64,000 nt of DNA from Octopus vulgaris (GCA_951406725.2 OX597814.1:91202001-91266000), one strand, 5' to 3'. Positions 40,196 through 54,417 are shown, numbered from the stretch's first letter. The notes: generated by a model from the sequence alone, not told the origin. Translations and numbers: made by a program.

Positions 40196-43100
40196 CAGTT
40201 GGATATATATGTGTTTATGTGTATATATGTATATATATATATATATTATTTTTTGTTGATGCATGTGCGTATATTTATGTGCATATATATGTATACGTAT
40301 GCTCAATAAAATACGTACGAGTAACTATGTATTGTCCCTACGCCCAAATGGATTATTCTAAAATACGCTCTTAGACATGAATTTGCATATCCTTATGAAT
40401 AACGGTTTTACTAGATACACATTATAACGGTTAATTTTCAAACTTTCATCTATCCTCGATTCCTCCATACCTTTCCACAACTGTATATATTACCAAACTA
40501 GTAAGAAAAATGTATAGGTCATTATTATTTATTTTATTATATTTTGTAATTTTATTTTTTATTTGTTTATATTTTATATTTTTGATTTGAATTTTTATGC
40601 ATATTTTATTTATTTGTTTTCTGATATATGGTATATTCATGAATATATGCAACCCATCACCTAGATACACTTACTATATATAGATTTTAACTTCTTAAAC
40701 TCACTAATACTCTGTATGCATACTTCAAAAGAAAAATAACCTAAGTTCCACAAGCTCATAATTAACCCCGAAGAAATATTACCCCATTTAGTTAGAATAT
40801 GGTATCTTTCTTAGAACTTAACCAAATGCTTAGAACATCTGATCAACTAGGTGATAGGACTGAAACATATATGTAGGTTCCATTATTCTATTTTCCGAGC
40901 TTTACAACTTGTAATCAATTTATTTGTAATATTTTCAACATTTCATAACATACTGTGGCCACTCTCACGTAAATTAATTGTGCAAAATACGTAATAAAGT
41001 GTTTCATTGATTGGTGATTTAAAGGTACATTAATTCAATTATATGAAATTTGAAACATAAATAGAATGGAGATTTTGCGCCACTAAAACTCTTTCTCCAA
41101 ACTGCTGCTCCTTTCTCTTAATGTAGAGTACTAATCTTTATAAGGAACATAATGATATATAAGAAGTAGGAACTTAAAGCTTGAAATAGTTTAATGTATA
41201 TGAAATACAATAAAATTACATGCATATCCCCACTCACCGAATTCAAATTTTTAGATCAGATTTCACAATATGTTCACATGGATTATATGCAGTATATGTC
41301 GTTTGGTTTTGCTGTTTAGTTACAAGACGTCTCTGAATGATCAGTGTTATGACAAAACACATCTTAGTTGTGAATATCTTGACTCCTTTCAAATATAGCC
41401 TATACTTGCCAATTTTGTGTGATGTTCTGTTGCTTCAGAAGGTAGAATATGATGAGAAAGACTAGGCTAATACTTTATGCGTTTTTGACCGACGGTATAC
41501 ACGGTTTTACAATGGCCTTTACACGTAAGGAAATATCGACCTGAGGGATTATTATGTTTATTCGTTACTTTTTTTCTGTTCGTACGTAAAAGTATTATGA
41601 AAGTGCGCAAATGAATGTTCGTTGTAGGATTGAAATCGCTCATCAGGTTTCAAATAGCAGAACATTAAGTCACACTGCAATTTCTAAACGTATAATATTG
41701 ATTTCTTTCGAAGACACGCAATGAAAATCATAATACGTGAGTGCTGTATTTTAATGAAACACTCTGAGTACGTAATTGCCATATTTGATCAACTACACAG
41801 ATCTGAAAGTCAAAGATCATCCGACAAGATAAGACAGTCTACTGAGACTAGTCAATACCAAATTAGGCAATTAATCGGAAATAGTTGAAAATTTAATGAA
41901 GAGCAGAGAAAATTGATTGCATTAAGATTACAAAGGGTTAACCAGGCTATGTATTTTGGATCAATATATTGTTCTGAATATTCGTTTACTTTTCAGATCT
42001 GTTGTTGGCGTCAAGTAAATTGTACCATATTGCACTGACGTGCTTTTCTTTTGCGATATACTTCCCTCTTTGTTTCTGATTATGTACACTGCCTTTGAAT
42101 ATTCTGTGTTTCAGAAGTCTGCATGACTATCTGCATCTCTATGTTTGTGTCTGTGTAGATATTTTAAAGATGCTATAAAAGATTTGTCCGTCCCTAAATC
42201 ATACATAACCAAAATGAGCAATCTGTATATATATTTGTGTATGGTTGTCTGTTTTCTTATGATTTTAACTATTTAAATTCTTCCTCTGAGGAAGAAATCA
42301 TTTTCTAACTAAGGTACAGTGCTCCACCATTGGAATGTAAATAACAAAAACAATATGGACCTTTACACTTCAGAATGATCTTCCACTTTTACCGATCCAT
42401 TTACAGGTTTTATTTGTAATGTGTGAGTTAAGTGTATTATTTCTTTTTCTGAAAACCCTGGCTTATCCAGATTGTCCCTTAAGCATTTACTCACAAAGCC
42501 AAATGCATCACCTTTATTGGTATATATGTGAATTTATAATCTAGATATAAAAGCTGAAGGTTTCGAAGCAGTTGGTCATAGTTACCTCTTTCCTCTTTGC
42601 TTTTCAAATAGTTATTTACATCAGCAGGACAGCTGACATCAATGACGACACATAATATATCGTGTTTGTTCCAAACAACAATGTCTGGCCTGTTGTGTTT
42701 AAGCTTGACAGTTGTTTAGATGGGAGTTTACCACCAGCATTCCTTGTGTTGATGTTTCTGTATATATTCAAAATTATATGTATTCACTATATTTATTCCA
42801 GGACACATATATGTGCGAGCGTTAGTTATATATGTACATGCACACACACACACACACATACATACACACGCGCGCGCGACTGTACGTAGTAACATTGTTT
42901 TTGTGTATGTAAGAGGACGTGGTAAAATCTGTCTTCTATTTTAAAGCGTATGTTCTAGTGCTGAAGCCCAATATTTCATTCCATTGCAGTGGGTTCTGTT
43001 ATACCCACGTTAGTATTTCTCTTTCAAAGAGAAATATCCAAATCTATATGATTTTGCCTCAAACGTTGAGCAGACAAAGACAATAAATGAATCATCTGTA

Positions 43101-44191
43101 TCATTCATTTCAAAGTCTGTGTGTTTCTAGGCGTTGTTGCAGAATCCCTTATAATCATGCACATACCCCGAGTATTAAACGCAGAATTGCAGTCGTGAAA
43201 CACAAAGTCTACCTGAACTATATGTGTATCAAGCAAAGGTGATAGATTTGTTTCATACAGACTTAATTGTACACTCGCACAAAAAAGCGCACGTATGTGA
43301 CACCGCCAAAGATAGAGACATTGGAATGGATACGAAAAGAAAACGGTAACTCAATATCTTTATCAAAAGTCCGCATCATAATATGGCACAAGCAAGATTT
43401 ACAACTCAAACTAGAACTCCTTCAGCTCAGATTTTCTGCATAGTTCAACGGAATAACCACTTCAATCCGTCGAGCTAAACTAAATGACAAATAGATTATA
43501 GCTTCGGTATGTTGTATTTTCCTTAAAAGATATCTGCATTCGAGAAGTCTTATGTAGAAGAACAACGTTAGTAAGTTAGATTATTCAGTCAAATAATGTG
43601 AAAATAATGTGAAAGCATACTTATATGTCTACATAGTGCATTTTATAATTTGCAGTCTATGTATAGTAGATCTCAGCATTGGTGACAACCTTTGCCTAAT
43701 TATAAGATAATGGTTACAGTCACCACAACACGAATGTAAGGATAAAACTCGATCTTTTCTCTAGAAAATTGCATGTCTAGTACTACACTCGATGGTGGAT
43801 TAAAAGAAAGCAGTACGAATGCTTGGTGACCTCTCCGCAATATGCTAGTCTCTGAAAGTAAACGATTAATCATTTTGATTAAAACAGACGGAGTCAGTTG
43901 TGCGTCCTATTTATCGACAAAAAAGAAAAAGATGAATGAAAAGCATTTTTTAATATTTGCTATTATATCAAAACGATTTCAAAACATACTTTCCTAATGT
44001 GTATTGTACTATTCCACAATGATAAAAGAGTAACTTATAATAGTTTGCGATACACGTATCGATGTATGATGTCTTTATGTCAGTATTATGCTATTACATA
44101 TGTTTATATATATAGGGATTAACGAGTGGAATACCTTGGATTATATATTCCCTAATGAGGATATAACTTCCTCTAATTACCTGTATATATG

Positions 44192-44312
<121 letters not shown>

Positions 44313-44464
44313 ATGTATGTATGTATGTATGTTTGTATGTATGTATGTATATATACCGGAGGGGAACTTTAAGAAACATACTATAATTCTATTACCCAGT
44401 TTATATTATTATATATATTTCTATGTGTATACACGTACACACACAGACACATACACACACACAC

Positions 44465-44527
<63 letters not shown>

Positions 44528-45505
44528 AGATATAACAATAAATTGAAATATTACGATGTATTAAATACATTATAATATAGGTGGCTATAGGAATTAAAAA
44601 CAAAAAAGGTGCAATACATAAATAAGGGTGTAAATAACACCTACAATTGCTAGAACAGAGACTAAAAATATAACTCAAGTACCCACTTAATATCACAAAC
44701 CTCATGAGATGTTCAAGTGTCTGCGAGTAGTAAGCTGCAACATCTACATCCAGCGAGATAAAACTCATAGAATGAAGTAATCTGATAAGACCATATCACA
44801 TGACTTAACCAATAAGGTTTCGTTTCTTTTCAGAGGAATGACGAAAGAAGAGATTCTTTCAGTTTCCGTTTACCAAAGTCACTCTCAACGCATTGGTCGG
44901 CCGCATATTTGAGTATTTCCAAATATTATGCTAATGTGTTTTCATGCAGAACTACATTTCATGAAAAAATTATCGCCAAAATTGAATGTTTGAAAGAAAA
45001 GGGGAGACAATATTCTAAGAAAAAAAGAAGGAAATAGGACAAACAGAGGGAAGAAAGAAAGCAAACAGATGACCTGGTTTTTTTTTATTTTTGAAGAGGT
45101 CCCCTTCATTTAACCCATTCCAATACAATGGTAAATGACTAAATAAATAAATGAATGGTGAATAGGAAGAAGGATCTTCCTTCATTTTCTCTCCCTCCCT
45201 CTACCTGTCTATCAATCTGTCTGACTATCTATCTATCTGTCTATACCTACTTACCTACCTACCTACCTATATTTCTATCCATCTGTCTATCTCCATTGTC
45301 ATGGAACTTCACCCCCAAAAGTAAAAACAATGTTCTCTTCTTCTAACCCCCACCCCCCAAAAACCATGTGTTTTATATAAATGAACAAACTATTTCTACA
45401 TTCACAAAATTTTAAGTGACAAACTCGAGAAACGAAGAAAGCGCTAATAATAATAATGAAGAAATATAATTATTTTTTTCAAAAATTCTGACGACATTTT
45501 TCTCA

Positions 45506-45549
<44 letters not shown>

Positions 45550-45551
<2 letters not shown>

Positions 45552-45725
45552 ATAGAAGGAGCTTCTACAGGACTAGAACTGTTTCATGAAATCATCAGGC
45601 TTCCTGATGATTTCATTTGAATGAAACAGTTCTAGTCCTGTAGAAGCTCCTTCTATAAGATACATTAATTTATTCTGCTATGTATTGAGTACCTTATTTA
45701 CTGTGGTTAACCCCGACTCAACCCG

Positions 45726-45730
<5 letters not shown>
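45550..45730. mobile_element. Penelope-pLTR-like element with a head-to-head inverted partial copy
   Basis: 45550-45599 is the reverse complement of 45603-45658 except for a 6-bp deletion in stem II. Bounded by (TA)n on both sides. Confidence 0.6.
45598..45648 (+). ncRNA. Type I hammerhead ribozyme with weak stem II, in an inverted-repeat element
   Basis: Stem I GCTTC / GAAGC. Core CTGATGA 45604-10. Stem II T-TTCA-TT-TGAA-T. GAAA 45623-26. Stem III ACAG-TTCTAGTC-CTGT. GUA triplet ending at 45642. Confidence 0.72.
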
Positions 45731-45763
<33 letters not shown>

Positions 45764-46664
45764 GTGTATGTGTGTGTGTGTATGTATGTATGTATGTATG
45801 TATGTATGTATGAATACACATATATATATATGGTGAATGTATAGATATATATTTGTGTACATTCCTGTATGTGTATGTATGTGTATAACACCGTAGATTG
45901 GTACGGGTGTTCAACACGTATCTCGCCAATACCAATGTCAACTAAATTGATTTCCATCATCAAAATCCCGAAATATATTTCAGATTTTAATATAAAATTA
46001 TACATTATATGTCATTTCCTCTCTGAACTTCGTCTTCACCTTATCAATATACGAGCCAACCTTCAACTCTACTAATCATAAACCAAACCCATTTCACTCA
46101 GTAACTGTTCACCTCCTGTCGTATCAGGATGAGGTCTTTGATTGTTCAGTAAATTTTCAGATAACTAACCAGCGAATTGTTATCATACGCAAAGCTTATT
46201 ACTGTATACAGCAATACTTTCCAGTCACCTCTGACCGACACATTTTCGTCTGTGCAATTTCTCGTACTATACGTGCTTCATTTCAAACCTTGCCCCCTTG
46301 CCAATCTACTTTACCAATTTTATTGAATTATTCAGCCAATTCCGCCTAAAGATTCTCTTTGTGTTTATCTGAACTTCGACCAAATTTGTATTAAATCATA
46401 CAGTAGCATTAGCGGTATAGTAACGTTCATTAGAATCGCCATCAGTGTATTTCGTCGTTTATTTGATACAATCAACAGTTAATTTTAAAGTTTACATATA
46501 TTCTAGACTTAGTTATACCGTAAATGAAAAACAAAATATCTATGACTGGTTTGAACGTGATCATATGTCAGATCATTAACTTATCACCCGGGGTTAAAAT
46601 CATCGACATATATATTCACCTCATTTTTAATATTCATTATTGCAATATTTAGTGCCATTCATAA

Positions 46665-47120
46665 GGCTGTGACCTGTGCAGAATCGATAGCACGCCGGGT
46701 AAAGTTTAGTCTCATTTCGTTCGTCTATACGTTCTGAGTTCCAGTTTCATCCAGTTCGACTTTGGTTTTTACCCTTTATGGGCCGATAAAATATGTACTA
46801 GTTAATTTTTTTTTTTTGACATTCTCCAGTCACGGCGACTCCTAAGGGCTGGTTTCCCGGGATTCAAGGCGTATAAATTCTCCACTTGGACAGGACAACA
46901 GTCCGTCGCAGGATTACTTTTTTTTTTGTTAGGTGAGTAGACTGGAACAACGTAAAATATTTTGCTTAAGATCACAACGCGTCGTCCGGTCCAGGAATGG
47001 AAGCTACAATCTTAGGATGATGAGTCCAATAACCACTAAGCCTTTTGAGTACTGGGGTCGTTTAAAACGACTTATTCCCTTTTCAACGAAATTGTTGGCC
47101 TTGTGCCAAAATTGGAAACC
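46665..47120. mobile_element. Nested SINEs: a Nin-type SINE (+) interrupted by a second SINE (-, about 46815-47040)
   Basis: Head gcagaatcgatagcacgccggg...gggccgataaaatatgtactag at 46678-46801 and tail tactggggtcg...ggccttgtgccaaaattggaaacc at 47051-47120. The intervening segment ends in aaccactaagcc (reverse A box). Confidence 0.7.
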
Positions 47121-47552
47121 AATATTTATTGCTACTTGTTAATATCTACTAATTTGATATCTTATTCTTCCAAAGATTTTACAATTGTTAAACTACTAAT
47201 TCATTGTGCTTTTTACAACTCTAGTGGAGGTAGAGCATCTATGATCCCTACTATTCCACTCCGATACATAAATGTTTCGACTTTTATTTATATCATAATT
47301 GCGCTGTATAGCATACACTTTATATTTAAACCACTTTGTTGAAGCATGAGTCTACGCGTATGTGAATCAGCAATAAATACAGTTACTCTTGGTCGAAGTC
47401 TCTTTTCCTCATTTCCCTAAACTGAGCTCCAGTCTCTTCACTTCTATGAAAAACCTGCAGCCAAGTACAGTAATTCGTTTTATCTCGAACTCCGGCGACG
47501 ATTCATATCTAATAGTAACCATACCTGAAGATATTACCTCAGGTGATACAGT

Positions 47553-47930
47553 AGTGCAGTCAAGGTGGTAAATCTCAGCGCGTGTCCATCTCAGAATGGG
47601 TGTAATATAGTGGACTCAGGCAACAGGCCATATATTTATGGCAGTCATAAGGCTACTTACATTTAATTTGGCCTTCTAGAGATGTTTGAGTCATTTCAAA
47701 TATGCAGCGGTGACCTTGCTTTTCATTTCTTTGTGCAATGTATTGTGCAGCTCCTAGATCACAAGATATATGTTCTCACCGTCAACCAGGTTTCCCATTC
47801 GCTCTTGTTTGGCAATCCTATGCCCTTGCAAGCAGCATTCTTTGCCGGTTACAAAGTGAGCAGTACTGACTCCGAGATCCCGAATTCCATTCTTATTCCC
47901 TGCCTACACAGGGCAGAGGTGCCATCAGTT
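47553..47930 (-). mobile_element. R4/Dong-clade non-LTR fragment
   Basis: Minus strand: IRMEFGIS...HKEMKSKVTAAYLK*LKHL*KAKLNVSSLMTAINIWPVA*VHYITPILRWTRAEIYHLD. Confidence 0.8.
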
Positions 47931-48471
47931 CCCTGAATTGTTCATGTGCGCAGCCAGATAAAGATTTACATTATCCGTTGTGCCCTTTCTTTTAGATGTT
48001 AGGAGCGATTAGAGAGAGAATTAACTGATTTTTCTATCATGCAGCGTGAGTTCTCATGCAATACATTGTTAACATGTAATCTCCTTCGCTCGATAATTCA
48101 GGATGCAAAAAAAAAAATAATTAATTGAAATCACTACCATTACTACAAATATTATCACTAGTATTGCCACTATTATTATGGTTACTTTTCTCCTGGTGGC
48201 TACCTTCTGTAGCCACGGTAACAGTGTTGTTCATCGTTGTTTTTGTTGTTACTTTATGAATTGTTGGTTCTGTTTTTGTCTCGGGATAGTCTGCGTTCTG
48301 TAGCGACAGACAGAAAAGGAGCGTTTGGCAGATTGTATTTATCATCGTTACTATTGTTACTTCTTGTATTGTTCATTTTGTTGTTGCGCTTGTTTTTGTC
48401 TGCCTGAAATATTTTCTGTAGCCATAGTAAGGGATTAGCAATTACTGAATTTGCTGCAGCTACCACAATGT

Positions 48472-48472
<1 letters not shown>

Positions 48473-48528
<56 letters not shown>
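48473..48528. repeat. (AGT)n microsatellite
   Basis: Directly visible. Confidence 0.97.
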
Positions 48529-48687
48529 TGGAAGGTGATTTTCTCTATAGAAACTAGCAATTTGAGCTGTTTTTGAATAGTTCAAAGGCAAAGTATATGG
48601 AAAATATATGTGACCTCATCAGTAACTGTCTGGCCTCTTACGGAAACTGATGATGACAATGTATGTTATTATTGTTATTACCATTCA

Positions 48688-48900
48688 GACGGCGAACTAG
48701 CAGAATCGTTAGCATGATGGACGAAATGCTTAGCGGTATTTCGCTCGTCGCTACGTTCTGAGTTCATATTCCACCGAGGTCGACTTTGCCTTTCATCTTT
48801 CGGGGTCGATAAAATGAGCATCAGTGAAACACTGGGCCGATATAATCGACTAACCCGCCTCCGCCAAAGCTTCAGGCCTTGTGACTATAATAGAAATGAT
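48688..48900 (+). mobile_element. SINE (Nin/Deu-domain type), full length
   Basis: gacggcgaactagcagaatcgttagc...gttctgagttcatattccaccgaggtcgactttgcctttcatctttcggggtcgataaaatgag..., followed by an (ATT)-rich tail. Confidence 0.85.
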
Positions 48901-49405
48901 TATTGTTATTATCATTATCACTACCATTATCATTATCACATTTAAAGAAATGTTCGTATTTACATACGTGGTATTAGGCACAAGTAATTTCAATCATTAT
49001 TTCCATGAGATAATCATGTGTTGGGTGAATGAATTTTGTGAGTACATTTAGAGATTCCGTTCCCTAGTACATATCAGTTTGGTTTTCGTTTTGCTTTCTG
49101 ATTAAGTTTTCCTATTTTGTGGAGCTACGGCATCTATCATCTATTGTTATTTTGCGAAGGTAAGAACAATGGATCATACTACTCTAAATATAGACCTGTG
49201 ACTTCGAGAACAGAAATGAGAGAGGGTATCTGCCCTTGATATTTCAGGAATATCTTAGACGTTTGTGTTCCTCGAATATCCCTAGACGTCCACCTGTGTC
49301 AGAAGGACAACAGGACCCTCATCCCAGTCTTTTTTCTTTCCTTTTACTGTTGTATATACTATGTATGCATCCTTTTGTTTTATAGTATACTGTAAATACA
49401 TTTAG

Positions 49406-49503
<98 letters not shown>

Positions 49504-49564
49504 ATATTTCGTATTTGTATTTGGTTTGCAAGATTCTAGATGTGAATTCGCGTTTTGAAAGAAA

Positions 49565-49822
49565 TACCATTGAACCTTGGGTGGGGCATTATGCCAGAAA
49601 TAATAAACACACGCACTGGTTCGGTTATTTATTGTCATTGTTAGTTAATGGGTTAGTTACTGCATTAACCAATTTATCGATTAACCGTTATTTTACTACT
49701 TTTTTTTCAAACTCATATGTTAAACACTTTGGTCAAACCATTAATCGCTCAAATGTTCAGTGATTGATAGTGTTCTTATATCATTTATTTTCTTGACAAA
49801 TTATTTTCATTGCATTGTTGCA
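49565..49822 (+). repeat. ~260-bp repeat, inverted copy of 53311-53571
   Basis: taccattgaaccttgggtggggcattatgccag...cgctcaaatgttcagt is the diverged reverse complement of 53311-53571. Confidence 0.85.
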
Positions 49823-50110
49823 ATCTCTTCTGTAACACATCTCTCTACTTGTATTTCTTTTCAGCCTATGTTCTCGGGTTGGGATACATCCAAGATCTGT
49901 CCGAGACGTGTATGTGAGTGTTTGTATATCTGAAAGTATGTGTGTTTATACATAAATGTGCACATCCGTATGTGAGTGTTTTAGATACTATGTTATTTTT
50001 TCATACACATGAGATAGCATTTATGGTTTTCTCTGTTTTCTTCGCCAACGCACATGTTCATCCATATAGCGTTTCTCTATAGTTAAACCGCCTTCTTCGT
50101 TTCATAAACC

Positions 50111-50490
50111 TCTCTCTATACAAAGCTGAAGTTGTCTGTGTATGGCAGGTTTGGTAACCTTCAACTAACACTATCTCCTCCGAGACCCTGCGGCGCAAGT
50201 TGACCAAAATTGAGAGTACGATAGAAGAAGGCTTGCTCTTCCTTCCCTAGAAGAAAAAATTCAAATCGAACCATGTTAAGAACAAAAATTATTTACATCA
50301 AAAAGGTCCTTTTTTTTCTATGAAAATCCTTATTTTTTACTGCTGTGTCGCCATTTTTCGGTGTATTTCAATCACGAAAATGTTCCCTTAAAGAGAATAA
50401 CAAGCTACATAATGCAAAATTTTTACTTTTCAAAAATTCCAATTCTAAACGTTCGAAACAAACCCGAGCAACGCCGGGCGATACTGCTAG
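50111..50490 (+). mobile_element. Non-autonomous Helitron
   Basis: 5' TC start (tctctctatacaaagctgaagttg). 3' GC-rich hairpin cccgagcaacgccggg, 8 nt upstream of the terminal CTAG (50487-90), which is followed by T. Confidence 0.8.
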
Positions 50491-50519
50491 TATTGAATAA
50501 ATTGATATCTATCTTTGCG

Positions 50520-50885
50520 GGAGCATGAGCATGCGTACGCGTGCGCGTGTTCACGTATGTATGGGAAGGCATGTGTGTACAAGCGTGCATATCCGTGTTT
50601 GTGTGTACATGTGTGTGTGCGTGTGTGTTTGTGTCTCAGTGTGTTTTTATGTATGTGCGTGTTTGTATGTATGTATTTGTATTCATATGCGTGCGAGCTC
50701 CTCTGTGTTTGTGTGTGCGTGTGTACTATTGTATGCGTGTTTCCGTGTTTGTGCGTATGTGAGCATGTGCGTGTCCGTGTGGTCGTGAGGGCATGTCTGT
50801 TTCCTTGTTTGTCTTTGCATGTGCATGTGTGTGTGCGTGTGTCCGTTCTTGTGTGTGCGTATGTGTGCATGTGTGTGTGCATCCA
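50520..50885. repeat. TG-rich cryptic microsatellite
   Basis: Degenerate gtgt/gcgt/atgt array. Confidence 0.9.
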
Positions 50886-50914
50886 TGAATCTTTGTAAGG
50901 TCTCTGCTTAATGA

Positions 50915-53200
50915 GAGTATTTACTATTCAAAGCCGGTCGTGTCTCGTCTATCCAGACTGACTCTTGCTATCTGTCGTAGCGATTCGTCGTCCGGGAGTC
51001 TAGACAGGAATTGTATGCTAATTTGGTTCAGCACACCAACATGTTTTTTTTTTGGCATTATTGTACAGTATTGAGGTTAGTCTTTGATTCCTATATTCCT
51101 TCCAACGTACATTTATACTCTCGGCCTAATTTGTCGCCATTTTTACCTATGTATGCAGTCTTCCGGATTTTACAATCATCATTCATGCAGGTTATTCGTT
51201 AAACCACATTTCTGGTTTTGCAGTTGACATCGGGGATATATTTGCACACTACACAGTCCTCCTCTACACACGTGAGTTTTCTGAAGGGTTATGTTTTACA
51301 TATTATTAACATGATGGATCACCCTGGTTTTTCCATGAGTTTTATGTTCAACTTGTTATCCTTCAGGATTTTTCTAAATCTGCGTGCTAGTTCCTCGTGT
51401 GATGTGGCTTCTACAAACACCACCCCTTGGAACTTGTTAGCATTGCACCACGTGTTCTTTTTTATTTGTTTTATCATAAGTTTTCCGTATTTTATTCCAC
51501 TGCTTACTACGGTAATTAGGTTGTGCTCCATCGACATCCTTATTCACAATCTCTTTCAACTTCTTGCAAGACCCCTGTATACTTGGATTCTATCTTTCTG
51601 ATTGTATCCCGAAAATTGCATGCGATGCATGAAGTCTTGTGTGTGTTTCTGTTTCTCCCAAGGTTTGCACAGGGGGGATATATTTTTCATTATTGTAAGT
51701 CGGCTATTGACATACTAACTTTCACATAGCGTGATAGAGCCGAACTCCTATGTATCACATATTTCGAGGACACAGGTTTCATATAGTGTGAATGGAGAAG
51801 TTTGACCTTGTTATTAATAGTCTCTAGCCAAAGCTCTATGTCAAGGACCGGGAGTTTCTTGTTTGGGTGCCTTGTTGGGTAACTTATTGTTACCCTGATG
51901 CTTTGGTGTACGGAATTAGCGATGCGCTGGGTGCTTTCCATCATGATCCACTCGTTAACTTCAGTTTGACTGTTTGATGGTATCCTGACTATGATACCGA
52001 TGTCAACCACATATCTCCTGTATGTCCGATTGCTACCGAGTGTTCCTTAAGAGCTTCTTTCAGTTTCGTGTCCTACCAGGTAATGAAGAGGGCCGCCACG
52101 TATCCAGTTACACTGACATCGATGGCTGCCCCCTGGACTTGCATATATATAGCTTCTCATTGAATTTAACTATGTGGATCTGTTGGGCGGTTTTTAGACT
52201 TGTGTCCGCTGCACTTGCAATCCTTTTCCGTTTCTGGACGTTATCAACGAGTCGTGGGTACGTGCATTCCATCCACATCAGCGCTTCTTGGTGTTTTTCG
52301 TAGCTGCTGATGTGATTATTGGTGGCCTAACTTGTTCCGACCTGGTGGGGCAGAATCTACTAAGGTAGTGGTAATCTAATTATTCACTGTCGTAAACGAG
52401 TTCAGGAAGAGGCCCAGTTCCCTCGTGTTCACCTCACGGAAAACTACTTCGTTTTCGGAGATAATTTCCACACATCTTTCTGCGCCAAATTCAATGTCGA
52501 TAGATGGGTAAAGTGATACCACATCCATGCTACCTACCATACAATTTCACAGGTCGTGGGAGCGGTTACATTCATTAAGCCTGCTAAGGTGGTGCTCTGT
52601 GCTTTCACAAACATCAGGAGACAACTCAGTGAGTGATCTTAACACTTGCGAGAGGATGCATGAACAATAAGGGTCTGCGATAGGTTTATGGTCTTTTGTA
52701 AACCCATAGAGTGTAGGAAAGTTATAGCTTGATGTTATGAAGTTCTGTGCTATGCGCTTCTTAGGTTGGAGTAAGTTACACCACATTCCCATGTGTGTGT
52801 TCAGAACTTTATTCTTTCATATTCCTGCGGTGTAACTTCTCTCATGTTTTCGATGTGCTGTTGCACCGAATGGACCAAGTTTTGCAGGCTGTCTACCGAC
52901 ACTCTGCCGGATTTGTCTGTGGGTAAGCATACTATTTCGTTGTTCCAAACTCTATATTTTAGTTTTTCTGTGCCCATCGCAGCCACTTTACAGAGTTGAT
53001 GGGTCTCAACCTCGTTCTGTTTTGGGATAGTCCTACCTTGTTTCTGTGTTATAGTTTTCATGAGTCTGCTTCTAGCCAAAGAGATCTTGGCTTCTGTCTT
53101 ATCTTCTGTGTAAGGTGAGATGCTCGGTCTTTTGTTGAACGGTAAATCTGTTGGATAGATTCATCTCATGTCATAGAATTTGTCGATCGGGTTATAAAAG
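50915..53200 (-). mobile_element. Penelope-like retroelement (RT + GIY-YIG endonuclease), pseudogenised
   Basis: TDLPFNKR; IVCLPTDKSGRV; FPTLYGFTKDHKP; VGSMDVVSLYPSID; RRYVVDI (YVDD mutated); KLPVLDIELW; HSHYMKPVSS; CVEEDCVVC..NCKTRNVV*RITC...AYIG (Cys cluster plus GIY-YIG); PALNSK end. Many stops and frameshifts. Confidence 0.9.
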
Positions 53201-53569
53201 AGATTTTCTAAGTTGTTGTTGTTGGCAGTGTTGTCGTTGTTGATGATGCTGTAGTTGTTGTTGGTGGTGTTGTTATTGTTTTTGATTTTTGTTGTTGTTG
53301 TTGCAGCTGCTGCAAAAATGCGATGCAATAATTATTTGACAAAAACAAAACAAAAAAGAAATGACAACAGTAACAATACTGAACATTTGAACGATTAACT
53401 GTTTTACCAAAGTGTTTAAAATATGAGTTTGAAAAACCAGTAAAATAACGGCTAATAGATAAATTGGTTAATGCAGTATCTAACCCATTAACTAACAATG
53501 ACAATAAAAGACCAAACCAGTCCGTGTGTTTATTTTTGCTGGCATAATGCCCCTCCCAAGGTTCAATAG

Positions 53570-53661
<92 letters not shown>

Positions 53662-53849
53662 TGTATGTATGTATGTATATATGTATGTATGTGTATATAA
53701 ATTAGAGTAGAACCATCTTTTATCAATTCAACAATGAAATAACAATGATATGATAAAATTATACCATATAGAAAAAAGTTATATATACGATAAAAACATA
53801 TACCAATAATTAAGTAAAGTACAAAATAATAAATAAAAAGTATATAATT

Positions 53850-54040
53850 TGATGCGTTGGGAACAGAAAGCAGAGATCTAGACAAATGACTTAAGGAGAT
53901 TGGAAGAGAATACCCTGTAGAGCTCCTACAGCCACTTTGTCTATTAGGGGCTGCAAGGATTATCATGTGGGTTCTAAGCACTCGAAAGACTACTCAAAAC
54001 GTGTCGATACCTAAGGTTACCGGTATTAACCTGCTACCCA
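53850..54040 (+). mobile_element. R4/Dong-clade C-terminal (restriction-like endonuclease end) fragment
   Basis: DALGTESRDLDK*LKEIGREYPVELLQPLCLLGAARIIMWVLST matches the GALG...LQK..LLGTARI terminus. Confidence 0.75.
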
Positions 54041-54417
54041 CATCAATCCTACCAGGAATAAGACCGAAACTGAATCAAACAAAATAATAAGAATTTGCCA
54101 CCAGGGCGAAGTATGAAGGGTAGCCAATACAAATGCAGAGAGCGGGGGTTTGCATATAATGAAATGGAAGTAACAGAAAATGTGTGTATGTGAATACACT
54201 CACACACACATACATGTCTTGGGCTTCTTCTGTTAGGCTCTCTACTTCGTTTCTTTTTAAATTGCACTTTTTATTTTAACCAAGCTTAGAATTTTGTTCC
54301 ACTTCCATTCTTAGTGGATTTCCAATATTTGTCAAGTAAAGGCTTCTTTTAATTTGTTTAAGATACCATCTTTGAATTTAATTTTTGTCCTTTTCTCTTG
54401 TTAAGCGCTTATTATTA

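Noticed and set aside
53208-53981. 257-aa ORF on the minus strand
   Set aside because: A patchwork of antisense Dong sequence, AT-rich filler, microsatellite and a dispersed repeat; no coherent protein.
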